DNA from: Candidatus Methylomirabilia bacterium
GTDB taxonomy: Bacteria; Methylomirabilota; Methylomirabilia; Rokubacteriales; CSP1-6
Reading direction: 5' to 3'
Assembly: GCA_041492755.1 (NCBI GenBank)
Contig: JBGPXN010000037.1
Coordinates: 1 to 33,163 of the forward strand
Length of the DNA stretch: 33,163 nucleotides
The position numbers and the translations under genes were made by a program. This document shows, one piece after another, positions 17,151 through 28,240 of this stretch. The first letter of the stretch is position 1. The number at the start of each line of letters is the position of its first letter. The notes under the pieces are model-generated. The model was not told where the DNA came from, did not search any database, and saw only the letters and a list, made by a program, of their open reading frames with translations.

Positions 17151-17435
17151 CGGAAAATGGGGGGCCCCGAAATGGCCCCCCATACCCCCCCACGCTCGGA
17201 AGCGCCGCGGCGGAGCCGTGGCGCTCCTCGACCACACGCGGCGCGCCGCCCCGAAATGGCCCCCATACCCCCCATTCCCTCGGCGCGCGCCGGGAGACCC
17301 GGGGGGCGCCTCGACGGCCGTGGGGGCTTGGGCCCCGAAATGGCCCTCTATACCCCGCATTTCCTCGGCGCGCCCGGGAACCCCGGGGCGCGCCTCGAAT
17401 ACTTCGACCCCCGATCACGAGCCGGCCCCTCATCG
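17133..17435. repeat. 20-bp direct repeat CACGAGCCGGCCCCTCATCG (17133-17152 and 17416-17435) flanking the repeat array
   Basis: Exact duplicate seen in the sequence; it contains the argH stop / lipoprotein start overlap (ATGA on the minus strand). Confidence 0.9.
17157..17408 (-). repeat. Tandem trimer of the 84-bp family A repeat, inverted relative to the 14809-15060 array
   Basis: CCCCGAAATGGCC at 17165, 17249 and 17333 (period 84). The reverse complement of 17157-17260 matches 14957-15060 at 97/104 positions without gaps (hand alignment). Confidence 0.9.
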
Positions 17436-18818
17436 CGCGGCCACGAACGAGCGGGCCAGGGCCAGCGCGCGGCGAACCGCGTCGGGCGCGGTGCCGCCGG
17501 TGACCGCGCGCGCGCGCAACGACGCTTCCACCGAGATGGCCTGGGCCACGTCGGCCTCGAAGAGATCGGAGAACCGGCGGAACTCGTCGAGGGTCAGCGC
17601 GTCCAGGGAGCGGCCGGCGTCGAGCGCGTGGCGCACGACGCGGCCGACGACTTCGTGGGCCGCGCGGAACGGCATGCCCTTGCGCACCAGGTAGTCGGCG
17701 AGATCGGTGGCGGTCGCGAAGTGCTCGCCGGCGGCGCGGCGCATGCGCTCGGCGTCGAAGCGCAGCGACCGCACCATGGGCGGGACGACGGTCAGGATCG
17801 CGCGCAGCGTGTCGACGGAGTCGAACAACGGCTCCTTGTCTTCCTGCAGGTCCGAGTTGTAGGCGAGCGGTAGCCCCTTCATCGTCGTCAGCAGCGCGAC
17901 GAGGTTGCCGTAGAGCCGGCCGGTCTTGCCGCGCACCAGCTCGGCCACGTCGGGGTTCTTCTTCTGCGGCATCATCGACGAGCCCGTGGCGAAGGCGTCG
18001 GAGAACTCCACGAAGCCGAACTCCGCGGTGGCCCACAACGTGAGGTCCGCGGCCAGCCGTGACAGGTGCATGCCGGCGATGGCGCCCGCGGACAGGAACT
18101 CGAGCAGATGATCGCGGTCGCTCACGGCGTCCAGGCTGTTGGCGCTGGGCGCCGCGAATCCGAGGTCACGCGCGAGCGCGTCCCGATCGATCGGAAAAGC
18201 GGTGCCGGCGAGCGCGCCGCTGCCCAGCGGCAGCACGTCGTTGCGCGCGCCGCAGCCGGCGAACCGCTCGCGGTCTCGCTGGAACATGAACACGTACGCG
18301 AGCAGATGGTGGGCGAGCACGATCGGCTGCGCGCGCTGCAGATGCGTGTACCCGGGGAACGGAAGCTCGACGGTCTCCGCGGCCCGCTCGATGAGTGCTG
18401 CCTGTACGGCGGCGAGGCCGGCGCCGACGTCGGCGAGGGTATCGCGAAGGTAGAGGCGCTCGTCGAGGGCGATCTGGTCGTTGCGCGAGCGACCGGTGTG
18501 GAGCTTTCCGCCCACGGCGCCGAGGATCTCGATCAGCCGACGCTCCACGTTCGTGTGGATGTCCTCGAGCTCCGGGCGGAACGGGAACGTGCCGTCTTCC
18601 AGCTCCTTGCGCACCGCGGCCAGGCCGCGCCCGAGCTCATCGCGCTCGGCCGACGTGATCAAGCCGGCGCGCGCGAGGGCGCCCGCCCAGGCGACGCTGC
18701 CGGCGACGTCGTGGAAGGCGAGCCGGCGATCGAAGCCGAGCGACGCGGTGAACCGCTCCGCCGTCGGATCGGTCTTCTCGGTGAAGCGGCCGCCCCAGGT
18801 CTTCTCGGGCGCCGTCAA
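17430..18818 (-). CDS. argH: Argininosuccinate lyase
   Basis: [55 protein letters not shown]. Confidence 0.97.
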   Translation of the reverse strand: MTAPEKTWGGRFTEKTDPTAERFTASLGFDRRLAFHDVAGSVAWAGALARAGLITSAERDELGRGLAAVRKELEDGTFPFRPELEDIHTNVERRLIEILGAVGGKLHTGRSRNDQIALDERLYLRDTLADVGAGLAAVQAALIERAAETVELPFPGYTHLQRAQPIVLAHHLLAYVFMFQRDRERFAGCGARNDVLPLGSGALAGTAFPIDRDALARDLGFAAPSANSLDAVSDRDHLLEFLSAGAIAGMHLSRLAADLTLWATAEFGFVEFSDAFATGSSMMPQKKNPDVAELVRGKTGRLYGNLVALLTTMKGLPLAYNSDLQEDKEPLFDSVDTLRAILTVVPPMVRSLRFDAERMRRAAGEHFATATDLADYLVRKGMPFRAAHEVVGRVVRHALDAGRSLDALTLDEFRRFSDLFEADVAQAISVEASLRARAVTGGTAPDAVRRALALARSFVAAR

Positions 18819-19483
18819 GAGAGCAGCGCGGCGATGTCGGCCATGACCCGCTCGGTCACCCGGGCGCGCGCATCGCGGTCGTTCGCGCGGCCGGGGCCCG
18901 AGAAGCGACGGGGCGCGCCGAAGCGAACGCCCAGCGGATAGCGGCGCGGTACGTAGAACCGCCGGCCACTCAGCGCTTCGTACGTGCCGCGGATCGCGGC
19001 CGGCACCACGGGAACCCCGGAATGCAGCGCGAGCAAGGCCACACCGGGCAGGCCCCGCTCGAGCTTTCCCCGGACGCTGAACGGCCCCTCCGGGAAAATC
19101 CCGACGACACGGCCTTCGTCGAGTGCCCCCAGGGCGCGCCGAAGGGCGCCCACGTCGGGCCGCTCGAGGCTGACCGGAATCGACCCGATGTGGCGGTGGA
19201 ATGCCGGATGAAGCGGCGTGGCCCGATAGACACGGGGCATCACGAGGAACGCGATCGGGGCCGGCACCGTGACGCCCAGCACGATCCCGTCGAGGTAGTT
19301 GTGGTGATTGGCGGCGACGATGTACGGGGGCGCCGGCAGGTGTTCGAGGCCGTCCATCCGGAGGTCGAAGAGCCGGCGCAGCGCCGCGCGCAGGGGCGGC
19401 CGCAGTGCGTGGTAGAGGAAGGGAGCCCTCGTCGCCGCCGGCAAGACGCGCGGCTTCGCGGGAAGGGCCGTCGTGCGCGCCAT
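18815..19483 (-). CDS. Lysophospholipid acyltransferase (PlsC family)
   Basis: NHHNYLD (HX4D), IFPEG, VPVVP motifs. Confidence 0.9.
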   Translation of the reverse strand: MARTTALPAKPRVLPAATRAPFLYHALRPPLRAALRRLFDLRMDGLEHLPAPPYIVAANHHNYLDGIVLGVTVPAPIAFLVMPRVYRATPLHPAFHRHIGSIPVSLERPDVGALRRALGALDEGRVVGIFPEGPFSVRGKLERGLPGVALLALHSGVPVVPAAIRGTYEALSGRRFYVPRRYPLGVRFGAPRRFSGPGRANDRDARARVTERVMADIAALLS

Positions 19484-19504
19484 GTCGCCCGGGTTATACC
19501 ACGC

Positions 19505-20518
19505 TCACCGATGGCGCGCGAGCCGGTAGCGGGATACCGCGGCGTTGTGCTCTTCGACGGTCATGGAGAAGTGATGCCGCTGGTCGTCCATGGCGACGAA
19601 GTACAGATACTTCACGCGCGCCGGATTCAACGCCGCCTCCACCGCGCGCAGCGACGGGCTGGCGATCGGCCCCGGGGGGAGGCCGGGGTACTTGTACGTG
19701 TTGTACGGATGGTCGAGCTGCAGGTCGGCGCGGGTCAGGGTCCGGCGTTCCTTGCCGGCGGCGTACTGCGCCGTGGGATCCGCCTGCAGCAGCATCCCGA
19801 GCCGCAGCCGGTTCCAGAACACCGCGGAGATGAGCGGCATCTCGTCGCGCACGACCGCTTCGCGCTCGATGATCGACGCCAGCGTGAGCAGCTGGTGCAG
19901 GCTCAGACCGCGCTCGCGCGCTTGCGCCTTGATGTCCGGACCGAGCTTGGCGTTCAGCCGCTGGACCATGCGCGTGAGGATCTGCTCCGGCGTCATGCCC
20001 CGCACGAAGTTGTAGCTGTCCGGGAAGAGATAGCCCTCGAGGCTGGGCGCCTCGACGCCGAGCGCCGTCATGAGCCGGGGATCGCTGGCCGCCCGCGCGA
20101 GGTCGCCCGGGCTCGCCAGCCGCTCCGTCTCGAGCGCTCGCGCCAGCTCGGCGAGCGTCGCGCCCTCCGGGTGCAGCACGAGGTGCCGTCGCACGCGGCC
20201 GTTCTCGAGCTGAACGAGCGCGGCCAGCGTCGTGGTGCCGCGCGGGAATTCATACTCGCCCGCCTTGAGCGAGCGCACGCTCCCCCGCACCACGCCGAGG
20301 GCGAGGAACTCCGGGGCGCTCCGGACCACGCCCACTTCTTCCAGCCGCCGCGCGATGCCGAGGGCGCCATCCTGGGACGGGATATCGACGATCGTCGTGC
20401 CGCCTGCCGTCGTCGCCGTCGGGGTCAGCACCCGCCAGGCGACGATACCGCACGCGATTCCCACGAGCGCGAGCGCGCCGAGGACGACGCGCCAGCGTCG
20501 CATGCCCGCCAACCCCAT
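19505..20518 (-). CDS. mltG: Endolytic transglycosylase MltG (YceG family)
   Basis: N-terminal [40 protein letters not shown]...GLPPGPI, YLYFV. ATG at 20518 is the likely start. Confidence 0.95.
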   Translation of the reverse strand: MGLAGMRRWRVVLGALALVGIACGIVAWRVLTPTATTAGGTTIVDIPSQDGALGIARRLEEVGVVRSAPEFLALGVVRGSVRSLKAGEYEFPRGTTTLAALVQLENGRVRRHLVLHPEGATLAELARALETERLASPGDLARAASDPRLMTALGVEAPSLEGYLFPDSYNFVRGMTPEQILTRMVQRLNAKLGPDIKAQARERGLSLHQLLTLASIIEREAVVRDEMPLISAVFWNRLRLGMLLQADPTAQYAAGKERRTLTRADLQLDHPYNTYKYPGLPPGPIASPSLRAVEAALNPARVKYLYFVAMDDQRHHFSMTVEEHNAAVSRYRLARHR

Positions 20519-20620
20519 GTTTTTCAATCTAGCACCCGACTCGCGTGGAGCCCGCCATCGCCGGCCGACCAAGGTCCCGGGCATGTCCGCGGAAGACGGG
20601 GCTCGCTACCGGAAACGGTC

Positions 20621-20629
20621 TGGTATACT
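20621..20629 (+). promoter_or_regulatory. Extended -10 promoter (TGG-TATACT) for the rpoA-like gene
   Basis: TGGTATACT lies ~43 nt upstream of ATG 20672, which has an AAGGGGG RBS. It is divergent from the mltG -10 (TGC-TAGATT, 20534-20526). Confidence 0.6.
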
Positions 20630-20671
20630 CGGCGTTCGGGGTTTCGCCCCGAATCTCCGAAGGGGGTCTGC

Positions 20672-21667
20672 ATGCAGGAGCTCGAGCTCCCCGCCACTCA
20701 CGATTGGAAGGTCGCGGAAAACACCTACGGCAAGCTCGTGGTCGAGCCGTTCGAACCGGGCTTCGCCCTTACCGTTGGCAACGCGTATCGCCGCGTGCTC
20801 ATGTCCGCGATCCACGGCGCGGCGCCGGGCTGGGTGAAGATCGCCACCGTGCTCCACGAGTTCTCCCACCTGCCGGGGGTGACCGAGGACACGCTCGACA
20901 TCATCTTCAACATTCGCAAGGTGGTGTTCCGGGTCCACGTCAACCGCCCGAAGATCCTGCGCCTGAAGGCCCAGGGCGTCGGCGCGGTGAAGGCCAGCGC
21001 CTTCGAGCCTGACGCCGACGTCGAGATCCTCACGCCGGACCAGGTGCTGGCGACCCTCGACAAGGACGGCATGCTGGAGATGGAAGTGTGCGTCGAGCGC
21101 GGCCGCGGCTACGTACCCGCCGAGCGCCGCGAGCCGGAAGCCTTGCCCATCAACGCCATCCTGCTCGATGCCGACTTCTCGCCCGTTCAGCGCGTGAGCC
21201 TCAACGTCGAACCCATCCCCGGCCAGGCGCGCGAGCGGCTCACCCTCGAGCTGTGGACCGATGGCAGCGTGGTGCCGGTGGCGGCGGTGGGCGAGGCGTC
21301 ACGGATCCTCGAGGATCATTTCGAGCTCCTGACCAACTTCCCCGAGACGGCTCCCGAAACGGTGGAGATCGAGCGCACCGAGGTGCGCTCCGACGCCGAC
21401 CTCAACGAGAATCTCTTCCGTACCGTCGACGAGCTCGAGCTGTCCGTCCGCGCCTCGAACTGCCTGAAGACGGCCAACATTCGCACCATCGCCGATCTCG
21501 TGCAGAAGACCGAAGCCGAGCTGCTGAAGACCAAGAACTTCGGCAAGAAGTCGCTGAACGAGATCAAAACGATCCTGGGCGAGATGGGCCTGCACCTCGG
21601 CATGCGCCTGGAGCCGGAGGAGCTGGAGCGCCTGCGCTCGCAGTACGAGCGCACCTTCGAGGGCTGA
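20672..21667 (+). CDS. rpoA: DNA-directed RNA polymerase subunit alpha, stand-alone divergent copy
   Basis: EP...[56 protein letters not shown]...[11 protein letters not shown]; 331 aa from ATG 20672. Confidence 0.95.
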   Translation: MQELELPATHDWKVAENTYGKLVVEPFEPGFALTVGNAYRRVLMSAIHGAAPGWVKIATVLHEFSHLPGVTEDTLDIIFNIRKVVFRVHVNRPKILRLKAQGVGAVKASAFEPDADVEILTPDQVLATLDKDGMLEMEVCVERGRGYVPAERREPEALPINAILLDADFSPVQRVSLNVEPIPGQARERLTLELWTDGSVVPVAAVGEASRILEDHFELLTNFPETAPETVEIERTEVRSDADLNENLFRTVDELELSVRASNCLKTANIRTIADLVQKTEAELLKTKNFGKKSLNEIKTILGEMGLHLGMRLEPEELERLRSQYERTFEG

Positions 21668-21673
21668 TCGGAG

Positions 21674-21746
21674 TACGAGGAGCGCCCCGGGTTTCCCGGG
21701 GCGCTCCGAGCGTCGGGGGGTATGGGGGCCATGTCGGGGCCCCCAT
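21674..21746 (+). repeat. Single family A repeat unit between convergent rpoA and dapL
   Basis: Perfect hairpins GGAGCGCCCCGGG-TTT-CCCGGGGCGCTCC (21679-21707) and ATGGGGGCC-N7-GGCCCCCAT (21722-21746). The linker CCGAGCGTCGGGGGGTATGGGGG is shared with the arrays. Confidence 0.9.
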
Positions 21747-21748
21747 CT

Positions 21749-22984
21749 CTAGATAGTCAGGCGGGTCTTGATGCGCTCGACGGCTTCCTCGGTTTGATCG
21801 CGCCGGCCGAAGCCGGTGAGGCGCAGGTAGCCCTCCCCGCTGGGCCCGAAGCCGGCGCCGGGCGTGCTCACGAGGTGGGCGTCGTTGAGCAGCTTGTCGA
21901 AGAACTCCCACGAGCTGAGCTGGCCCGGCGTCTTCACCCAGATATAGGGCGCGTTGTGGCCGCCATAGACGGTGAGCCCGATCGCTTCCAGCCCGTCGCG
22001 GATGACGCGCGCGTTCTCCATGTAGTAGTCGACGAGACCGCGCACCTGGCGCGCGCCCTCGTCCGTGTACACCGCTGCGGCGGCTTTCTGGATGACGTAG
22101 GGCACGCTGTTGAACTTGGTGGATTGCCGGCGGAGCCAGAGGGCGTTCAGCGGGATCTTCTCACCGGTCGCGGCGCGGCCGGTCACTTCTCTCGGGACGA
22201 CCGTGTACGCGCAGCGCGTGCCCGTGAAGCCCGCCGACTTGGAGTAGCTGCGGAACTCGATGGCGACCTCGCGCGCGCCCTCGACCTCGTAGATGGAGCG
22301 CGGAATGCCGGGCTCGCGCACGTACGCCTCGTAGGCCCCGTCGTACAGGATGATCGCCTCGTTGGCCCGCGCCCAGTCGATCCACCGCTTGAGGACGGCC
22401 GGGGTCATCACGGCGCCGGTGGGGTTGTTCGGATAGCAGAGGTAGATGAGGTCCACCCGCCGGTCGGGCAGCGCGGGCAGGAAACTGCTCGGCGCGGTGC
22501 ACGGCAGGTAGACGAGACCGGCGTAGCGCCCGGCGTCGTCGGCGGCGCCGGTGCGGCCCGCCATCACGTTGCTGTCGACGTACACCGGGTACACGGGGTC
22601 GGTGACCGCGACCACCGAGTCGGCCGCGAAGATCTCCTGGATGTTGCCGCTGTCGCTCTTGCCGCCGTCGCTGACGAAGATCTCCTCGGCGGTCATGGCG
22701 ATGCCACGATCGCGATAGTCGCGGGTGGCGATCAGCTCGGTCAGGAACTCGTAGCCCGGCTCCGGCCCGTAGCCGCGGAACGTCTCGGCGCGCGACATCT
22801 CGTCGACCGCCTCGTGCAGCGCGCGGATGATCGCGGGCGACAGCGGCTGGGTGACGTCGCCGATGCCCAGGCGGATGAGGCGCGCGTCCGGGTGCGCCAC
22901 CTGGAACTCCTTCACCCGGCGGGCGATCTCGGTGAACAGATAACTGCTCTTGAGCTTCAGGTAGTGATCGTTGATGCGGGCCAC
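21749..22984 (-). CDS. dapL: LL-diaminopimelate aminotransferase
   Basis: GTG at 22984 with [79 protein letters not shown]. Confidence 0.95.
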   Translation of the reverse strand: MARINDHYLKLKSSYLFTEIARRVKEFQVAHPDARLIRLGIGDVTQPLSPAIIRALHEAVDEMSRAETFRGYGPEPGYEFLTELIATRDYRDRGIAMTAEEIFVSDGGKSDSGNIQEIFAADSVVAVTDPVYPVYVDSNVMAGRTGAADDAGRYAGLVYLPCTAPSSFLPALPDRRVDLIYLCYPNNPTGAVMTPAVLKRWIDWARANEAIILYDGAYEAYVREPGIPRSIYEVEGAREVAIEFRSYSKSAGFTGTRCAYTVVPREVTGRAATGEKIPLNALWLRRQSTKFNSVPYVIQKAAAAVYTDEGARQVRGLVDYYMENARVIRDGLEAIGLTVYGGHNAPYIWVKTPGQLSSWEFFDKLLNDAHLVSTPGAGFGPSGEGYLRLTGFGRRDQTEEAVERIKTRLTI

Positions 22985-23033
22985 GCGTCCCTCGCCGTTC
23001 GCTCGGAATCGACCGCGATCGACACAGACTAGA

Positions 23034-25277
23034 TCAGCAATCCTGCTCGGGGTCAAGGCAGTAGCGCTCGCGCGCGCCGCTCGCGAATCCCGCGACTGTG
23101 AGCACGCGGCCGTCCGTCTCCAGCAACACCGCGCCGTCGCGATCGGTGCGGAAGACGCGCGCGCCGGCGGCGGTCAGCCGCGCCAGCGTCTCGGCGTCGG
23201 GATGGCCGTGCGCGCCGCGCGCGCCGACGGACACGACGGCCACCGTCGGCGCCACCGCGCGCATGAACGCCGGCGTGCTCGAGTCCCGGGCGCCGTGGCG
23301 CGGAGCCAGCAGGACGGTGGCACCCACGGGGGAGCCGGCGGCGACCAGCCCACGCTCGGTCGCCACCGAGGCATCCCCCGCGAGCAGGAAGGAGGCCCGC
23401 CCGTAGTCGATGCGGAGAATGAGCGGTGCACCGCTGACGGCGCTCACCAGCATTCCGCCGGCGAGGCGCGGCCCGTCGCGGAAACTGTCGCGCGTCCAGA
23501 TCTCTCGTGCCGGTATCTGACGATCGTCGGTGCGACCGGTGGCCTCCGCCTCGGGTTGAGTGCGAGCCAAGGCGGCCAGGCGCAAGACGCCGCGATTCCA
23601 GAGGAACGGCGCGACGACACGTTCCATCGCGTCGAGTCGGTGCGCTCCGCTGCCGCCCTCCACCAGGATCGCGCCGCCCGCCGGCGGCTCGATGACGATC
23701 GCGTCGGCGTCACCGACATCGAGGGCGCTGATGCGCAACGTCCCCTCCGGCCGGGGCAACAGTGGCCCGGCGCCGAGGCCGACGGCGCCAGCGAGCAGCA
23801 CGGCGGCGGCGCTTGCCGTGCCGATCGCGCGGCGTGGCTGGTCCACCCGCTGCCGCCAGGCCGCGAGCGTGAGGCCGAGGCCGCCCGCGTAGCAGATGAT
23901 CGCCAGTCCGGATGGCGCCGGCAAGTGCACGAGGGCCCCGGGCACCGCGGCGGCCCCCGCCGCGACCGCGCGCAGACCGAGCAAGATCGGCCACGCCGCG
24001 TTGAAGAGCAGATCGGCCATGCCGGGCACGACGAACGCCAGCGAAGCGCCGAGCAGACCGAGGACGGTGGCGCCCGCGGCGAGCGGGACCGCGCCGAGGT
24101 TGGCCAGAGGGCCGATCATCGAGAACTGGTTGAAGTGCGCGAGCGTGATGGGCAACACGGCCAGTTGGGCGGCGAGGCTGACGCTCAGCGCACCCGCGAT
24201 CGTCCCGTGCGGATGCGGCATGACGATGATGCCGAGCGTCGCGGCGAAGGAGAGCTGAAAGCCAGGATCGAAGAGGTCGGTCGGCCGCGCCACGAGGATG
24301 GCGAGCCCGGCGAAGGCCAGGCCGTTCAGCACGGACGCCTCCCGGTCGAGCAGTCGCGCCCCGAGCACGAGGACGCCCATGACCGTGGCCCGTACGACCG
24401 ACGGCTCGGGCCCGACCACGACGGCGAAGCCGACGACCGCGATCCCGGCGCCGAGCGCGGCCGCGCGTGGCCCGACGCGCGCGAGGGTGAGCACGGCGAG
24501 CACCGAGGCGGCCACGAGCGCGACGTTGAAGCCCGACACCGCGAGCACGTGATAGACCCCGGCCATCCGGAACGCGTCCTGGATCTCGGGCGGGAGCGCC
24601 GTGCGTTCTCCGAGGAGGAGCCCGCCGAGCAGCGCGGCCGACGCCGGCGGGAGCGCGCCGTCCATGGCCGCCAGCGCGGTCCGCTTGACGCGGGTCCGCC
24701 ACGCCGCGTCCGGCTGATCGAGCCCGGTCAGTGCGTCGCCCCGAGCGGTCGCCGCTACGTGGATGCCGCGGCGCGCGAGATACGCCGCGTAGTCGAAGCC
24801 GCCGGGGTTTCGAAATCCGACGGGGCGCACGAGCCGGAGCTCACCGCGAACACGTTGACCCGGCACGAGATCGGGTGGCCGGCCGCCGAAGAGACTGAGT
24901 TGAATCCGGCCGGATCGGGGCTGGCCGGCGACGCGGGTGACGTCGAGAAGCATGCGCAAGCGGCCGCGGCCGGGGCGCGCCGGCTCGCCGACCACGGTGC
25001 CTTCGACTTCCGCCACGATCGGCGCCTCGAGGTGCGCGACATGATCGGCCGGCAAGGGCGGTGGGGTGCCGCGGATCACGCCGGCGGCTATCACGGCGGC
25101 CAGCAGCGCGAGCGTGGCGGCTCGGATCCGTCCCGCGAAGGCCAGCATCGCCGTCGCGACCGTCGCCACGGCGCCCACCGTCCACGGCTGCCAGGCCGAC
25201 AGCCAGGGAGCGAACGCAATGCCCGCGGCGAAGGCCAGCGCCAGTGGCGCCAGCGGCATGCGCGCCCAGCGGATCAC
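23034..25277 (-). CDS. comEC: ComEC/Rec2 DNA-uptake channel (OB + Competence + degenerate MBL domains)
   Basis: [39 protein letters not shown]-terminal [22 protein letters not shown]. Confidence 0.93.
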   Translation of the reverse strand: MIRWARMPLAPLALAFAAGIAFAPWLSAWQPWTVGAVATVATAMLAFAGRIRAATLALLAAVIAAGVIRGTPPPLPADHVAHLEAPIVAEVEGTVVGEPARPGRGRLRMLLDVTRVAGQPRSGRIQLSLFGGRPPDLVPGQRVRGELRLVRPVGFRNPGGFDYAAYLARRGIHVAATARGDALTGLDQPDAAWRTRVKRTALAAMDGALPPASAALLGGLLLGERTALPPEIQDAFRMAGVYHVLAVSGFNVALVAASVLAVLTLARVGPRAAALGAGIAVVGFAVVVGPEPSVVRATVMGVLVLGARLLDREASVLNGLAFAGLAILVARPTDLFDPGFQLSFAATLGIIVMPHPHGTIAGALSVSLAAQLAVLPITLAHFNQFSMIGPLANLGAVPLAAGATVLGLLGASLAFVVPGMADLLFNAAWPILLGLRAVAAGAAAVPGALVHLPAPSGLAIICYAGGLGLTLAAWRQRVDQPRRAIGTASAAAVLLAGAVGLGAGPLLPRPEGTLRISALDVGDADAIVIEPPAGGAILVEGGSGAHRLDAMERVVAPFLWNRGVLRLAALARTQPEAEATGRTDDRQIPAREIWTRDSFRDGPRLAGGMLVSAVSGAPLILRIDYGRASFLLAGDASVATERGLVAAGSPVGATVLLAPRHGARDSSTPAFMRAVAPTVAVVSVGARGAHGHPDAETLARLTAAGARVFRTDRDGAVLLETDGRVLTVAGFASGARERYCLDPEQDC

Positions 25278-25771
25278 TCGCTGACGACGTGGGCTCGGAG
25301 CTGCTCCACCCGCCCGTGCCCAAGTCCCGGGACGCGCCGCAGATCGTCCACCGAGGCGAACGGCCCGCCCGCGTCGCGCGTCTCGATGATGCGCGCGGCC
25401 AGCGTGCGGCCGATTCCCGGCAGCCGCGCCAGCTCCTCGGCCGAAGCCCGATTGACGTCGACCGGCTCGGGCGGGACGTCGGAGCGCCCGCCGCGGGCCC
25501 GAGCGTTCGCCATCCGCCCCGCGGCCGGCGCTCGCTCGCGCTGCTCCAACCCGGGCCGTGCATCGCTGGGCTCGGCCGCGTTCGTCTCAACCGTCAAGGC
25601 GGCGAGGGCGCGGCCCGCCGAGGCATCTCTCGGGGCGCGCCGGTCGAACTGCTCGAGGCGTCCGGCCAGATCGGGGTACGCGCGCCGCCACACCGCGACG
25701 CCATACCCGGCCCCCGCGGCCAGCGCGAAGCCCAGCACGAGCGCGAGCTGCGGCCGCGTATACAAATTCAC
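25274..25771 (-). CDS. comEA: ComEA-family helix-hairpin-helix DNA-binding protein
   Basis: N-terminal TM, VDVNRAS.EELARLPGIG..LA.RII..R...GPF.SVDDL.RVPGLG; coupled to comEC. Confidence 0.9.
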   Translation of the reverse strand: MNLYTRPQLALVLGFALAAGAGYGVAVWRRAYPDLAGRLEQFDRRAPRDASAGRALAALTVETNAAEPSDARPGLEQRERAPAAGRMANARARGGRSDVPPEPVDVNRASAEELARLPGIGRTLAARIIETRDAGGPFASVDDLRRVPGLGHGRVEQLRAHVVSE

Positions 25772-25877
25772 GCGCCCACGATCCCACTCGCGAGTCGGGG
25801 CGGCTAGAGTGGAAAATTTCAGACAGTGGCGTGTGCGTCAGGAGGGCCGACGCCCGCGCGCCCGTTTCGGGAAGCGG

Positions 25878-25964
25878 CTAGGGAACCAGCGCGGCGCGGG
25901 TGATCCCGGTCGTGTCCCGCGCGTGCCACTCGGACTGCGCGAAGGCGTCGTGGATCTTGATCAT
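25878..25964 (-). pseudogene. 28-codon ORF MIKIHDAFAQSEWHARDTTGITRAALVP, possible relic of citramalate synthase (cimA) or a small protein
   Basis: Strong RBS (GAGGAG overlapping the lysC stop) 6 nt before ATG 25964; the N-terminus resembles the M.KIYDTTLRDG start of CimA/LeuA proteins. Confidence 0.4.
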
Positions 25965-25974
25965 GCTCGACTCC

Positions 25975-27213
<1,239 letters not shown>

Positions 27214-27259
27214 GGCCCAGGCATCCTAACACGCGGCCCGCGACCGTTCCGGCGGCCGG

Positions 27260-28240
27260 TCATGCCTGCTCGGCGGTCGGCGTCGCGTGCGTCGCGGCGG
27301 TGAGGCTGACGTGCTCGCGGAGCAGGAACGCCCAGCCCACGAGGGTGATCGGGATGTACTGACTGGCGTGGAACAGGATCGCGTACGCGCCGCTGGTCGC
27401 GGGGGGCACCGCGAAAATGCCGAGGGCGAGGATGGCGGCGGCGTGAAAGACGCCGATGAACCCGGGCGCCGACGGAATGCTCACGCCGAGACCGACGAAG
27501 GCGAGCACCGTCCATCCCGCAATCCACCCCAGATCCAGATTCACCGCCCGGATCATGGCCCACGCGGACGCCGCGGACAGACACCACACCACCAGCGTCC
27601 ACGCCGCGAGCGGTGCCAGGTGGCCCGGGGTACGAACGCCCTCCAGCCCGCGCCCGAACGTGTCGAGCGTCTGGAGCGCGCGCTGGGCCAGCCGCGGCCA
27701 GCGCCGCAGCACGAGGGCAAGAACGTGTCGGACGCGGGCGGGCGCGATGGCGAGGCCGACGAGCACCCCCATGGCGCCGAGGTCGATGGCGAGCAGCACG
27801 ACGGCGGCCCATTCCAGCTGGCGGGGCACGGGAATGACGAAGATCAGCCCGGCCAGGATCACGACGATGGCCAGGCCATCCAGCACGCGTTCGACGATCA
27901 GCGTCGCCAGCGCCGTCCAGAAGCCGTGACCCGAGCGCCGCGCGACCACGTACACGCGGACGATCTCCCCGGCGCGCAGCGGAAGGATGTTGTTCACCAT
28001 GTAGCCGATCATGATGGCGGGCACCAGGCCGGGCGGGCGGGAGCCGGGCGGGAAGAGATACCGCCAGCGGCGCGCCCGGGCGAGCAGGCCGACGGGCCCG
28101 AGCAGCGCCGCGAACGCCACCCATTCCCAGCGAGCCTGGCGAAGCTCGTCCAGGAGCTTGGTGGCGTCGATCCGGCGTCCGAAGTAGACGAGGAGCCCGA
28201 CGCTGATCGCGAGCCCCAGGACGATCTTCAGCCGACTCAG
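27260..28240 (-). CDS. Lysylphosphatidylglycerol synthase TM-domain / flippase-like (UPF0104/AglD2) membrane protein
   Basis: RA.RW..L, GY.VNNILP.RAGE..R, ER..DG, IPSAPG.IG.F motifs. No ATG/GTG/TTG at the expected start; CTG at 28240 overlaps the thrC stop. Confidence 0.85.
   Translation of the reverse strand: MSRLKIVLGLAISVGLLVYFGRRIDATKLLDELRQARWEWVAFAALLGPVGLLARARRWRYLFPPGSRPPGLVPAIMIGYMVNNILPLRAGEIVRVYVVARRSGHGFWTALATLIVERVLDGLAIVVILAGLIFVIPVPRQLEWAAVVLLAIDLGAMGVLVGLAIAPARVRHVLALVLRRWPRLAQRALQTLDTFGRGLEGVRTPGHLAPLAAWTLVVWCLSAASAWAMIRAVNLDLGWIAGWTVLAFVGLGVSIPSAPGFIGVFHAAAILALGIFAVPPATSGAYAILFHASQYIPITLVGWAFLLREHVSLTAATHATPTAEQA

Noticed and set aside
14809..17408. 84-bp periodic arrays as CRISPR arrays
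   Set aside because: Whole units are homologous, with no unique spacers; there are only three units per array and no cas genes in the window.
19022..20671. 881-aa ORF suggesting a large N-terminal fusion to RpoA
   Set aside because: The extension is the antisense shadow of mltG and the plsC-like gene; the RBS and promoter point to ATG 20672.
21679..21746. Hairpins as classic intrinsic terminators
   Set aside because: No U-tract on either strand, and the sequence belongs to a dispersed repeat family. A termination role is possible but unsupported.
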